Of a stretch of DNA of 60,196 bases, positions 12,851 through 24,800 are shown one piece after another. The notes beneath the pieces were generated by a model that saw nothing but the letters and a program-made list of their open reading frames with translations, did no database searches and was not told the origin of the DNA. The stretch is from contig NIVC01001469.1 of the NCBI GenBank assembly GCA_002269645.1, forward strand, positions 1-60,196, written 5' to 3'. The stretch is from Macrostomum lignano. Lineage: Eukaryota. Positions within the stretch are counted from its first letter, which is position 1. Every line of letters begins with the position of its first letter. The position numbers and the translations under genes were made by a program.

Positions 12851-15800
12851 AGTCTGCGGATCTGAGAGGTAGGCGGCCTAGTTTGAGGAGATCTGAGAGG
12901 GTTACTTAGTCTGCGGATCTGAGAGGTAGGCGGCCTAGTTTGAGGAGATCTGAGAGGGTTACTTAGTCTGCGGATCTGAGAGGTTGGCGGCCTAGTTTGA
13001 GGAGATCTGAGAGGGTTACTTAGTCTGCGGATCTGAGAGAGGGTGGTACTTAGTCTGCGGATCTTAGAGGGTGGCGGCCTAGTTTGAGGAGATCTGAGAG
13101 GGGCGGCCTAGTCTGGGGATCTGAGAGGGGGCGGCCTAGTCTGGGGATCTGAGAGGGGGCGGCCTAGTCTGGGGATCTGAGAGGGGGCGGCCTAGTCTGG
13201 GGATCTGAGAGGGGGCGGCCTAGTCTGCAGATCTGAGAGGGGGCGGCCTAGTCTGCAGATCTGAGAGGGGGCGGCCTAGTCTGGGGATCTGAGAGGGGGC
13301 GGCCTAGTCTGGGGATCTGAGAGGGGGCGGCCTAGTCTGCAGATCTGAGAGGGGCGGCCTAGTCTGCGGATCTGAGAGGGTGGCGGCCTAGTCTGGGGAT
13401 CTGAGAGGGGACGGCCTAGTCTGGGGATCTGAGAGGTTGGTACTTAGTCTGCAGATCTGAGAGGGGGCGGCCTAGTCTGCAGATCTGAGAGGGGGCGGCC
13501 TAGTCTGCGGATCTGAGAGGGTGGCGGCCTAGTCTGGGGATCTGAGAGGGCACGGCCTAGTCTGGGGATCTGAGAGGTTGGTACTTAGTCTGCAGATCTG
13601 AGAGGGGGCGGCCTAGTCTGCAGATCTGAGAGAAAGGCGGCCTAGTCTGGGGATCTGAGAGGGGGCGGCCTAGTCTGGGGATCTGAGAGGGGGCGGCCTA
13701 GTCTGGGGATCTGAGAGGGGACGGCCTAGTCTGGGGATCTGAGAGGTTGGTACTTAGTCTGCAGATCTGAGAGGGGGCGGCCTAGTCTGCAGATCTGAGA
13801 GGGGGCGGCCTAGTCTGGGGATCTGAGAGGGGGCGGCCTAGTCTGGGGATCTGAGAGGGGGCGGCCTAGTCTGCAGATCTGAGAGGGGGCGGCCTAGTCT
13901 GCGGATCTGAGAGGGTGGCGGCCTAGTCTGGGGATCTGAGAGGGGACGGCCTAGTCTGCGGATCTGAGAGGGTGGCGGCCTAGTCTGGGGATCTGAGAGG
14001 GGACGGCCTAGTCTGGGGATCTGAGAGGGGTACTAGTCTGCAGATCTGAGAGGGGGCGGCCTAGTCTGCAGATCTGAGAGGGGGCGGCCTAGTCTGCAGA
14101 TCTGAGAGGGGGCGGCCTAGTCTGCGGATCTGAGAGGGGGCGGCCTAGTCTGGGATCTGAGAGGGGGCTAGTCTGCAGATCTGAGAGGGGGCGGCCTAGT
14201 CTGCAGATCTGAGAGGGGGCGGCCTAGTCTGCGGATCTGAGAGGGGGCGGCCTAGTCTGCAGATCTGAGAGGGGGCGGCCTAGTCTGGGGATCTGAGAGG
14301 GGACGGCCTAGTCTGCGATCTGAGAGGGGTACTAGTCTGCAGATCTGAGAGGGGGCGGCCTAGTCTGCAGATCTGAGAGGGGCGGCCTAGTCTGGGGATC
14401 TGAGAGGGGGCGGCCTAGTCTGGGGATCTGAGAGGGGGCGGCCTAGTCTGGGGATCTGAGAGGGGTACTAGTCTGCAGATCTGAGAGGGGGCGGCCTAGT
14501 CTGGATCTGAGAGGGGGCGGCCTAGTCTGGGGATCTGAGAGGGGGCGGCCTAGTCTGGGGATCTGAGAGGGGGCGGCCTAGTCTGCAGATCTGAGAGGGG
14601 GCGGCCTAGTCTGCAGATCTGAGAGGGGCGGCCTAGTCTGGGATCTGAGAGGGGCGGCCTAGTCTGGGGATCTGAGAGGGGGCGGCCTAGTCTGCAGATC
14701 TGAGAGGGGCGGCCTAGTCTGCGGATCTGAGAGGGGGCGGCCTAGTCTGGGGATCTGAGAGGGGACGGCCTAGTCTGGGGATCTGAGAGGTTGGTACTTA
14801 GTCTGCAGATCTGAGAGAAAGGCGGCCTAGTCTGCAGATCTGAGAGGGGGCGGCCTAGTCTGCGGATCTGAGAGGGGGCGGCCTAGTCTGGGGATCTGAG
14901 AGGGGGCCTAGTCTGCGGATCTGAGAGGGGTACTAGTCTGCAGATCTGAGAGGGGGCGGCCTAGTCTGCAGATCTGAGAGGGCGGCCTAGTCTGGGGATC
15001 TGAGAGGGGGCGGCCTAGTCTGGGGATCTGAGAGGGGACGGCCTAGTCTGGGATCTGAGAGGGGTACTTAGTCTGCAGATCTGAGAGGGGGCGGCCTAGT
15101 CTGCAGATCTGAGAGGGGGCGGCCTAGTCTGGGGATCTGAGAGGGGCGGCCTAGTCTGGGGATCTGAGAGGGGGCGGCCTAGTCTGCAGATCTGAGAGGG
15201 GGCGGCCTAGTCTGCGGATCTGAGAGGGTGGCGGCCTAGTCTGGGGATCTGAGAGGGGACGGCCTAGTCTGGGGATCTGAGAGGTTGGTACTTAGTCTGC
15301 AGATCTGAGAGGGGGCGGCCTAGTCTGCAGATCTGAGAGGGGGCGGCCTAGTCTGCGGATCTGAGAGGGGGCGGCCTAGTCTGGATCTGAGAGGGGCGGC
15401 CTAGTCTGGGGATCTGAGAGGGGCGGCCTAGTCTGCGATCTGAGAGGGGGCGGCCTAGTCTGCAGATCTGAGAGGGGGCGGCCTAGTCTGCGGATCTGAG
15501 AGGGGGCGGCCTAGTCTGGGGATCTGAGAGGGGACGGCCTAGTCTGGGGATCTGAGAGGTTGGTACTTAGTCTGCAGATCTGAGAGGGGGCGGCCTAGTC
15601 TGGATCTGAGAGGGGGCGGCCTAGTCCGGATCTGAGAGGGGGCGGCCTAGTCTGGGATCTGAGAGGGGCGGCCTAGTCTGGGATCTGAGAGGGGGCGGCC
15701 TAGTCTGCAGATCTGAGAGGGCGGCCTAGTCTGGGGATCTGAGAGGGGGCGGCCTAGTCTGGGATCTGAGAGGGGGCGGCCTAGTCTGGGGATCTGAGAG

Positions 15801-18800
15801 GGGACGGCCTAGTCTGGGATCTGAGAGGTTGGTACTTAGTCTGCAGATCTGAGAGGGGGCGGCCTAGTCTGCAGATCTGAGAGGGGGCGGCCTAGTCTGG
15901 GATCTGAGAGGGGGCGGCCTAGTCTGCAGATCTGAGAGGGGGCGGCCTAGTCTGCGGATCTGAGAGGGGCGGCCTAGTCTGGGGATCTGAGAGGGGACGG
16001 CCTAGTCTGGGATCTGAGAGGTTGGTACTTAGTCTGCAGATCTGAGAGGGGGCGGCCTAGTCTGCAGATCTGAGAGGGGGCGGCCTAGTCTGCGGATCTG
16101 AGAGGGGGCGGCCTAGTCTGCAGATCTGAGAGGGGGCGGCCTAGTCTGCGGATCTGAGAGGGGCGGCCTAGTCTGCGGATCTGAGAGGGGGCGGCCTAGT
16201 CTGCAGATCTGAGAGGGGGCGGCCTAGTCTGCGGATCTGAGAGGGGGCGGCCTAGTCTGGGGATCTGAGAGGGGACGGCCTAGTCTGGGGATCTGAGAGG
16301 GGTACTAGTCTGCAGATCTGAGAGGGGGCGGCCTAGTCTGCAGATCTGAGAGGGGCGGCCTAGTCTGCAGATCTGAGAGGGGCGGCCTAGTCTGGGGATC
16401 TGAGAGGGGGCGGCCTAGTCTGGGGATCTGAGAGGGGGCGGCCTAGTCTGGGGATCTGAGAGGGGGCGGCCTAGTCTGGATCTGAGAGGGGCGGCCTAGT
16501 CTGGGGATCTGAGAGGTTGGTACTTAGTCTGCAGATCTGAGAGGGCGGCCTAGTCTGCAGATCTGAGAGGGGCGGCCTAGTCTGGGATCTGAGAGGGGCG
16601 GCCTAGTCTGGGGATCTGAGAGGGGCGGCCTAGTCTGGATCTGAGAGGGGGCGGCCTAGTCTGCAGATCTGAGAGGGGGCGGCCTAGTCTGGGGATCTGA
16701 GAGGGGTACTAGTCTGCAGATCTGAGAGGGGGCGGCCTAGTCTGCAGATCTGAGAGGGGGCGGCCTAGTCTGCGGATCTGAGAGGGTGGCGGCCTAGTCT
16801 GGGGATCTGAGAGGGGACGGCCTAGTCTGGGGATCTGAGAGGTTGGTACTTAGTCTGCAGATCTGAGAGGGGGCGGCCTAGTCTGCAGATCTGAGAGGGC
16901 GGCCTAGTCTGGGATCTGAGAGGGGGCGGCCTAGTCTGGGGATCTGAGAGGGGACGGCCTAGTCTGGGGATCTGAGAGGTTGGTACTTAGTCTGCAGATC
17001 TGAGAGGGGGCGGCCTAGTCTGCAGATCTGAGAGGGGGCGGCCTAGTCTGGGATCTGAGAGGGGGCGGCCTAGTCTGGGGATCTGAGAGGGGCGGCCTAG
17101 TCTGCAGATCTGAGAGGGGCGGCCTAGTCTGCGGATCTGAGAGGGGGCGGCCTAGTCTGGGATCTGAGAGGGGACGGCCTAGTCTGGGGATCTGAGAGGG
17201 GTACTAGTCTGCAGATCTGAGAGGGGGCGGCCTAGTCTGCAGATCTGAGAGGGGCGGCCTAGTCTGCGGATCTGAGAGGGGGCGGCCTAGTCTGCAGATC
17301 TGAGAGGGGCGGCCTAGTCTGCGGATCTGAGAGGGGGCGGCCTAGTCTGCGGATCTGAGAGGGGCGGCCTAGTCTGCAGATCTGAGAGGGGGCGGCCTAG
17401 TCTGCGGATCTGAGAGGGGGCGGCCTAGTCTGGGGATCTGAGAGGGGACGGCCTAGTCTGGGGATCTGAGAGGTTGGTACTTAGTCTGCAGATCTGAGAG
17501 GGGGCGGCCTAGTCTGGATCTGAGAGGGGGCGGCCTAGTCCGGGGATCTGAGAGGGGGCGGCCTAGTCTGGGGATCTGAGAGGGGACGGCCTAGTCTGGG
17601 GATCTGAGAGGGGGCGGCCTAGTCTGCAGATCTGAGAGAAAGGCGGCCTAGTCTGGGGATCTGAGAGGGGGCGGCCTAGTCTGGGGATCTGAGAGGGGGC
17701 GGCCTAGTCTGGGGATCTGAGAGGGGACGGCCTAGTCTGGGGATCTGAGAGGTTGGTACTTAGTCTGCAGATCTGAGAGGGGGCGGCCTAGTCTGCAGAT
17801 CTGAGAGGGGGCGGCCTAGTCTGGGATCTGAGAGGGGGCGGCCTAGTCTGCAGATCTGAGAGGGGGCGGCCTAGTCTGCGGATCTGAGAGGGGGCGGCCT
17901 AGTCTGGGATCTGAGAGGGGACGGCCTAGTCTGGGGATCTGAGAGGGGTACTAGTCTGCAGATCTGAGAGGGGGCGGCCTAGTCTGCAGATCTGAGAGGG
18001 GGCGGCCTAGTCTGCGGATCTGAGAGGGGGCGGCCTAGTCTGCAGATCTGAGAGGGGCGGCCTAGTCTGCGGATCTGAGAGGGGCGGCCTAGTCTGCGAT
18101 CTGAGAGGGGCGGCCTAGTCTGCAGATCTGAGAGGGGGCCTAGTCTGCGGATCTGAGAGGGGGCGGCCTAGTCTGGGGATCTGAGAGGGGGCGGCCTAGT
18201 CTGGGATCTGAGAGGGGTACTTAGTCTGCAGATCTGAGAGGGGGCGGCCTAGTCTGCAGATCTGAGAGGGGGCGGCCTAGTCTGCAGATCTGAGAGGGGC
18301 GGCCTAGTCTGGGGATCTGAGAGGGGGCGGCCTAGTCTGGGGATCTGAGAGGGGGCGGCCTAGTCTGGGATCTGAGAGGGGCGGCCTAGTCTGCAGATCT
18401 GAGAGGGGGCGGCCTAGTCTGCAGATCTGAGAGGGGGCGGCCTAGTCTGGGATCTGAGAGGGGCGGCCTAGTCTGCAGATCTGAGAGGGGGCGGCCTAGT
18501 CTGCGGATCTGAGAGGGGGCGGCCTAGTCTGGGGATCTGAGAGGGGACGGCCTAGTCTGGGATCTGAGAGGTTGGTACTTAGTCTGCAGATCTGAGAGGG
18601 GGCGGCCTAGTCTGCAGATCTGAGAGGGCGGCCTAGTCTGGGGATCTGAGAGGGGGCGGCCTAGTCTGGGGATCTGAGAGGGGCGGCCTAGTCTGGGGAT
18701 CTGAGAGGTTGGTACTTAGTCTGCAGATCTGAGAGGGGGCGGCCTAGTCTGGATCTGAGAGGGGGCGGCCTAGTCTGGGGATCTGAGAGGGGGCGGCCTA

Positions 18801-21800
18801 GTCTGGGGATCTGAGAGGGGGCGGCCTAGTCTGCAGATCTGAGAGGGGCGGCCTAGTCTGCAGATCTGAGAGGGGGCGGCCTAGTCTGGGGATCTGAGAG
18901 GGGGCGGCCTAGTCTGGGGATCTGAGAGGGGGCGGCCTAGTCTGCAGATCTGAGAGGGGGCGGCCTAGTCTGGGGATCTGAGAGGGGGCGGCCTAGTCTG
19001 GGGATCTGAGAGGGGGCGGCCTAGTCTGGGATCTGAGAGGGGGCGGCCTAGTCTGGATCTGAGAGGGGCGGCCTAGTCTGCGGATCTGAGAGGGGGCGGC
19101 CTAGTCTGGGGATCTGAGAGGGGCGGCCTAGTCTGGGGATCTGAGAGGGGCTAGTCTGCAGATCTGAGAGGGGGCGGCCTAGTCTGCAGATCTGAGAGGG
19201 GGCGGCCTAGTCTGCAGATCTGAGAGGGGCGGCCTAGTCTGCGGATCTGAGAGGGGGCGGCCTAGTCTGCAGATCTGAGAGGGGCGGCCTAGTCTGCGGA
19301 TCTGAGAGGGGGCGGCCTAGTCTGGGGATCTGAGAGGGGCGGCCTAGTCTGGGGATCTGAGAGGGGTACTAGTCTGCAGATCTGAGAGGGGGCGGCCTAG
19401 TCTGCAGATCTGAGAGGGGGCGGCCTAGTCTGCAGATCTGAGAGGGGGCGGCCTAGTCTGGGATCTGAGAGGGGGCGGCCTAGTCTGGGGATCTGAGAGG
19501 GGGCGGCCTAGTCTGGGATCTGAGAGGGGGCGGCCTAGTCTGGGGATCTGAGAGGGGTACTTAGTCTGCAGATCTGAGAGGGGGCGGCCTAGTCTGCAGA
19601 TCTGAGAGGGGGCGGCCTAGTCTGCGATCTGAGAGGGGCGGCCTAGTCTGCAGATCTGAGAGGGGGCGGCCTAGTCTGGGATCTGAGAGGGGACGGCCTA
19701 GTCTGGGATCTGAGAGGTTGGTACTTAGTCTGCAGATCTGAGAGGGGGCGGCCTAGTCTGCAGATCTGAGAGGGCGGCCTAGTCTGGGGATCTGAGAGGG
19801 GGCGGCCTAGTCTGGGGATCTGAGAGGGGGCGGCCTAGTCTGGGATCTGAGAGGGGTACTAGTCTGCAGATCTGAGAGGGGGCGGCCTAGTCTGGGATCT
19901 GAGAGGGGGCGGCCTAGTCTGGGGATCTGAGAGGGGGCGGCCTAGTCTGGGATCTGAGAGGGGGCGGCCTAGTCTGCAGATCTGAGAGGGGGCGGCCTAG
20001 TCTGCAGATCTGAGAGGGGCGGCCTAGTCTGGGGATCTGAGAGGGGGCGGCCTAGTCTGGGGATCTGAGAGGGGGCGGCCTAGTCTGCAGATCTGAGAGG
20101 GGGCGGCCTAGTCTGCGGATCTGAGAGGGTGGCGGCCTAGTCTGGGGATCTGAGAGGGGACGGCCTAGTCTGGGGATCTGAGAGGTTGGTACTTAGTCTG
20201 CAGATCTGAGAGGGCGGCCTAGTCTGCAGATCTGAGAGGGGCGGCCTAGTCTGCGGATCTGAGAGGGGGCGGCCTAGTCTGGGGATCTGAGAGGGGACGG
20301 CCTAGTCTGGGGATCTGAGAGGTTGGTACTTAGTCTGCAGATCTGAGAGGGGGCGGCCTAGTCTGCAGATCTGAGAGGGGGCGGCCTAGTCTGGGGATCT
20401 GAGAGGGGGCGGCCTAGTCTGGGGATCTGAGAGGGGACGGCCTAGTCTGGGATCTGAGAGGGGTACTTAGTCTGCAGATCTGAGAGGGGGCGGCCTAGTC
20501 TGCAGATCTGAGAGGGGGCGGCCTAGTCTGGGGATCTGAGAGGGGGCGGCCTAGTCTGGGATCTGAGAGGGGGCGGCCTAGTCTGCAGATCTGAGAGGGG
20601 CGGCCTAGTCTGCGGATCTGAGAGGGGGCGGCCTAGTCTGGGGATCTGAGAGGGGCGGCCTAGTCTGGGGATCTGAGAGGGGCTAGTCTGCAGATCTGAG
20701 AGGGGGCGGCCTAGTCTGCAGATCTGAGAGGGGGCGGCCTAGTCTGCGGATCTGAGAGGGGGCGGCCTAGTCTGGGGATCTGAGAGGGGCGGCCTAGTCT
20801 GGGATCTGAGAGGGGCGGCCTAGTCTGCGATCTGAGAGGGGGCGGCCTAGTCTGCAGATCTGAGAGGGGGCGGCCTAGTCTGCGGATCTGAGAGGGGGCG
20901 GCCTAGTCTGGGGATCTGAGAGGGGACGGCCTAGTCTGGGGATCTGAGAGGGGTACTTAGTCTGCAGATCTGAGAGGGGGCGGCCTAGTCTGGGATCTGA
21001 GAGGGGGCGGCCTAGTCTGGGGATCTGAGAGGGGCGGCCTAGTCTGGGGATCTGAGAGGGGACGGCCTAGTCTGGGGATCTGAGAGGGGGCGGCCTAGTC
21101 TGCAGATCTGAGAGGGCGGCCTAGTCTGGGATCTGAGAGGGGCGGCCTAGTCTGGGGATCTGAGAGGGGGCGGCCTAGTCTGGGGATCTGAGAGGGGACG
21201 GCCTAGTCTGGGGATCTGAGAGGGGCTAGTCTGCAGATCTGAGAGGGGGCGGCCTAGTCTGCAGATCTGAGAGGGGCGGCCTAGTCTGGGGATCTGAGAG
21301 GGGGCGGCCTAGTCTGCAGATCTGAGAGGGGGCGGCCTAGTCTGCGGATCTGAGAGGTGGCGGCCTAGTCTGGGATCTGAGAGGGGACGGCCTAGTCTGG
21401 GGATCTGAGAGGGGTACTAGTCTGCAGATCTGAGAGGGGGCGGCCTAGTCTGCAGATCTGAGAGGGGCGGCCTAGTCTGCGGATCTGAGAGGGGGCGGCC
21501 TAGTCTGGATCTGAGAGGGGCGGCCTAGTCTGGGATCTGAGAGGGGCGGCCTAGTCTGCGATCTGAGAGGGGGCGGCCTAGTCTGCAGATCTGAGAGGGG
21601 GCGGCCTAGTCTGCGGATCTGAGAGGGGGCGGCCTAGTCTGGGGATCTGAGAGGGGCGGCCTAGTCTGGGATCTGAGAGGGGCTAGTCTGCAGATCTGAG
21701 AGGGGCGGCCTAGTCTGCAGATCTGAGAGGGGCGCCTAGTCTGCAGATCTGAGAGGGGCGGCCTAGTCTGGGGATCTGAGAGGGGGCGGCCTAGTCTGGG

Positions 21801-24800
21801 ATCTGAGAGGGGGCGGCCTAGTCTGGGATCTGAGAGGGGGCGGCCTAGTCTGCAGATCTGAGAGGGGGCGGCCTAGTCTGCGATCTGAGAGGGGGCGGCC
21901 TAGTCTGGGGATCTGAGAGGGGGCGGCCTAGTCTGCAGATCTGAGAGGGGGCGGCCTAGTCTGCGGATCTGAGAGGGGCGGCCTAGTCTGGGGATCTGAG
22001 AGGGGACGGCCTAGTCTGGGGATCTGAGAGGTTGGTACTTAGTCTGCAGATCTGAGAGGGGGCGGCCTAGTCTGCAGATCTGAGAGGGCGGCCTAGTCTG
22101 GGGATCTGAGAGGGGGCGGCCTAGTCTGGGGATCTGAGAGGGGCGGCCTAGTCTGGGGATCTGAGAGGGACTTAGTCTGCAGATCTGAGAGGGGCGGCCT
22201 AGTCTGGGATCTGAGAGGGGGCGGCCTAGTCTGGGGATCTGAGAGGGGGCGGCCTAGTCTGGGGATCTGAGAGGGGCGGCCTAGTCTGCAGATCTGAGAG
22301 GGGGCGGCCTAGTCTGCAGATCTGAGAGGGGGCGGCCTAGTCTGGGATCTGAGAGGGGCGGCCTAGTCTGGGGATCTGAGAGGGGGCGGCCTAGTCTGCA
22401 GATCTGAGAGGGGGCGGCCTAGTCTGCGGATCTGAGAGGGTGGCGGCCTAGTCTGGGATCTGAGAGGGGACGGCCTAGTCTGGGGATCTGAGAGGTTGGT
22501 ACTTAGTCTGCAGATCTGAGAGGGGGCGGCCTAGTCTGCAGATCTGAGAGGGGGCGGCCTAGTCTGCGGATCTGAGAGGGGGCGGCCTAGTCTGGGGATC
22601 TGAGAGGGGACGGCCTAGTCTGGGATCTGAGAGGTTGGTACTAGTCTGCAGATCTGAGAGGGGGCGGCCTAGTCTGCAGATCTGAGAGGCGGCCTAGTCT
22701 GGGATCTGAGAGGGGGCGGCCTAGTCTGGGGATCTGAGAGGGACGGCCTAGTCTGGGATCTGAGAGGGGCTAGTCTGCAGATCTGAGAGGGGGCGGCCTA
22801 GTCTGCAGATCTGAGAGGGGCGGCCTAGTCTGGGGATCTGAGAGGGGCGGCCTAGTCTGGGGATCTGAGAGGGGCGGCCTAGTCTGCAGATCTGAGAGGG
22901 GGCGGCCTAGTCTGCGGATCTGAGAGGGGGCGGCCTAGTCTGGGGATCTGAGAGGGGCGGCCTAGTCTGGGGATCTGAGAGGTTGGTACTAGTCTGCAGA
23001 TCTGAGAGGGGCGGCCTAGTCTGCAGATCTGAGAGGGGGCGGCCTAGTCTGCGGATCTGAGAGGGGGCGGCCTAGTCTGGATCTGAGAGGGGGCGGCCTA
23101 GTCTGGGATCTGAGAGGGGCGGCCTAGTCTGGGATCTGAGAGGGGCTAGTCTGCAGATCTGAGAGGGGGCGGCCTAGTCTGCAGATCTGAGAGGGCGGCC
23201 TAGTCTGGGGATCTGAGAGGGGGCGGCCTAGTCTGGGATCTGAGAGGGGGCGGCCTAGTCTGGGATCTGAGAGGGGCGGCCTAGTCTGGGATCTGAGAGG
23301 GGGCTAGTCTGCAGATCTGAGAGGGGGCGGCCTAGTCTGCAGATCTGAGAGGGGCGGCCTAGTCTGGGATCTGAGAGGGGGCGGCCTAGTCTGGGATCTG
23401 AGAGGGGGCGGCCTAGTCTGCAGATCTGAGAGGGGGGCCTAGTCTGGGGATCTGAGAGGGGGCGGCCTAGTCTGGGGATCTGAGAGGGGGCGGCCTAGTC
23501 TGGGGATCTGAGAGGGGGCGGCCTAGTCTGGGATCTGAGAGGGGGCCTAGTCTGGATCTGAGAGGGGCGGCCTAGTCTGCAGATCTGAGAGGGGCGGCCT
23601 AGTCTGCAGGATCTGAGAGGGGCGGCCTAGTCTGCGATCTGAGAGGGGGCGGCCTAGTCTGGGGATCTGAGAGGGGCGGCCTAGTCTGGGATCTGAGAGG
23701 GGGCGGCCTAGTCTGCAGATCTGAGAGGGGGGGCCTAGTCTGCAGATCTGAGAGGGGCGGCCTAGTCTGGGATCTGAGAGGGGGCGGCCTAGTCTGGGGA
23801 TCTGAGAGGGACGGCCTAGTCTGGGGATCTGAGAGGTTGGTACTTAGTCTGCAGATCTGAGAGGGGGCGGCCTAGTCTGCAGATCTGAGAGGGGCGGCCT
23901 AGTCTGGGGATCTGAGAGGGGGCGGCCTAGTCTGGGGATCTGAGAGGGGGCGGCCTAGTCTGGGGATCTGAGAGGGGGCGGCCTAGTCTGGGATCTGAGA
24001 GGGGCTAGTCTGCAGATCTGAGAGGGGGCGGCCTAGTCTGGGATCTGAGAGGGGGCGGCCTAGTCTGGGATCTGAGAGGGGGCGGCCTAGTCTGGGGATC
24101 TGAGAGGGGGCGGCCTAGTCTGGATCTGAGAGGGGCGGCCTAGTCTGCAGATCTGAGAGGGGGCGGCCTAGTCTGGGATCTGAGAGGGGGCGGCCTAGTC
24201 TGGGGATCTGAGAGGGGGCGGCCTAGTCTGGGGATCTGAGAGGGGACGGCCTAGTCTGGGGATCTGAGAGGTTGGTACTTAGTCTGCAGATCTGAGAGGG
24301 GGCGGCCTAGTCTGCAGATCTGAGAGGGGGGGCCTAGTCTGGGATCTGAGAGGGGGCGGCCTAGTCTGGGATCTGAGAGGGGGCGGCCTAGTCTGGGGAT
24401 CTGAGAGGGGACTAGTCTGCAGATCTGAGAGGGGGCGGCCTAGTCTGCAGATCTGAGAGGGGGCGGCCTAGTCTGGATCTGAGAGGGGGCGGCCTAGTCT
24501 GGGATCTGAGAGGGGGCGGCCTAGTCTGGGGATCTGAGAGGGGGCGGCCTAGTCTGGGGATCTGAGAGGTTGGTACTTAGTCTGCAGATCTGAGAGGGGG
24601 CGGCCTAGTCTGCAGATCTGAGAGGGGCGGCCTAGTCTGGGGATCTGAGAGGGGCGGCCTAGTCTGGGGATCTGAGAGGGGGCGGCCTAGTCTGGGATCT
24701 GAGAGGGGCTAGTCTGCAGATCTGAGAGGGGGCGGCCTAGTCTGGGATCTGAGAGGGGGCGGCCTAGTCTGGGGATCTGAGAGGGGGCGGCCTAGTCTGG

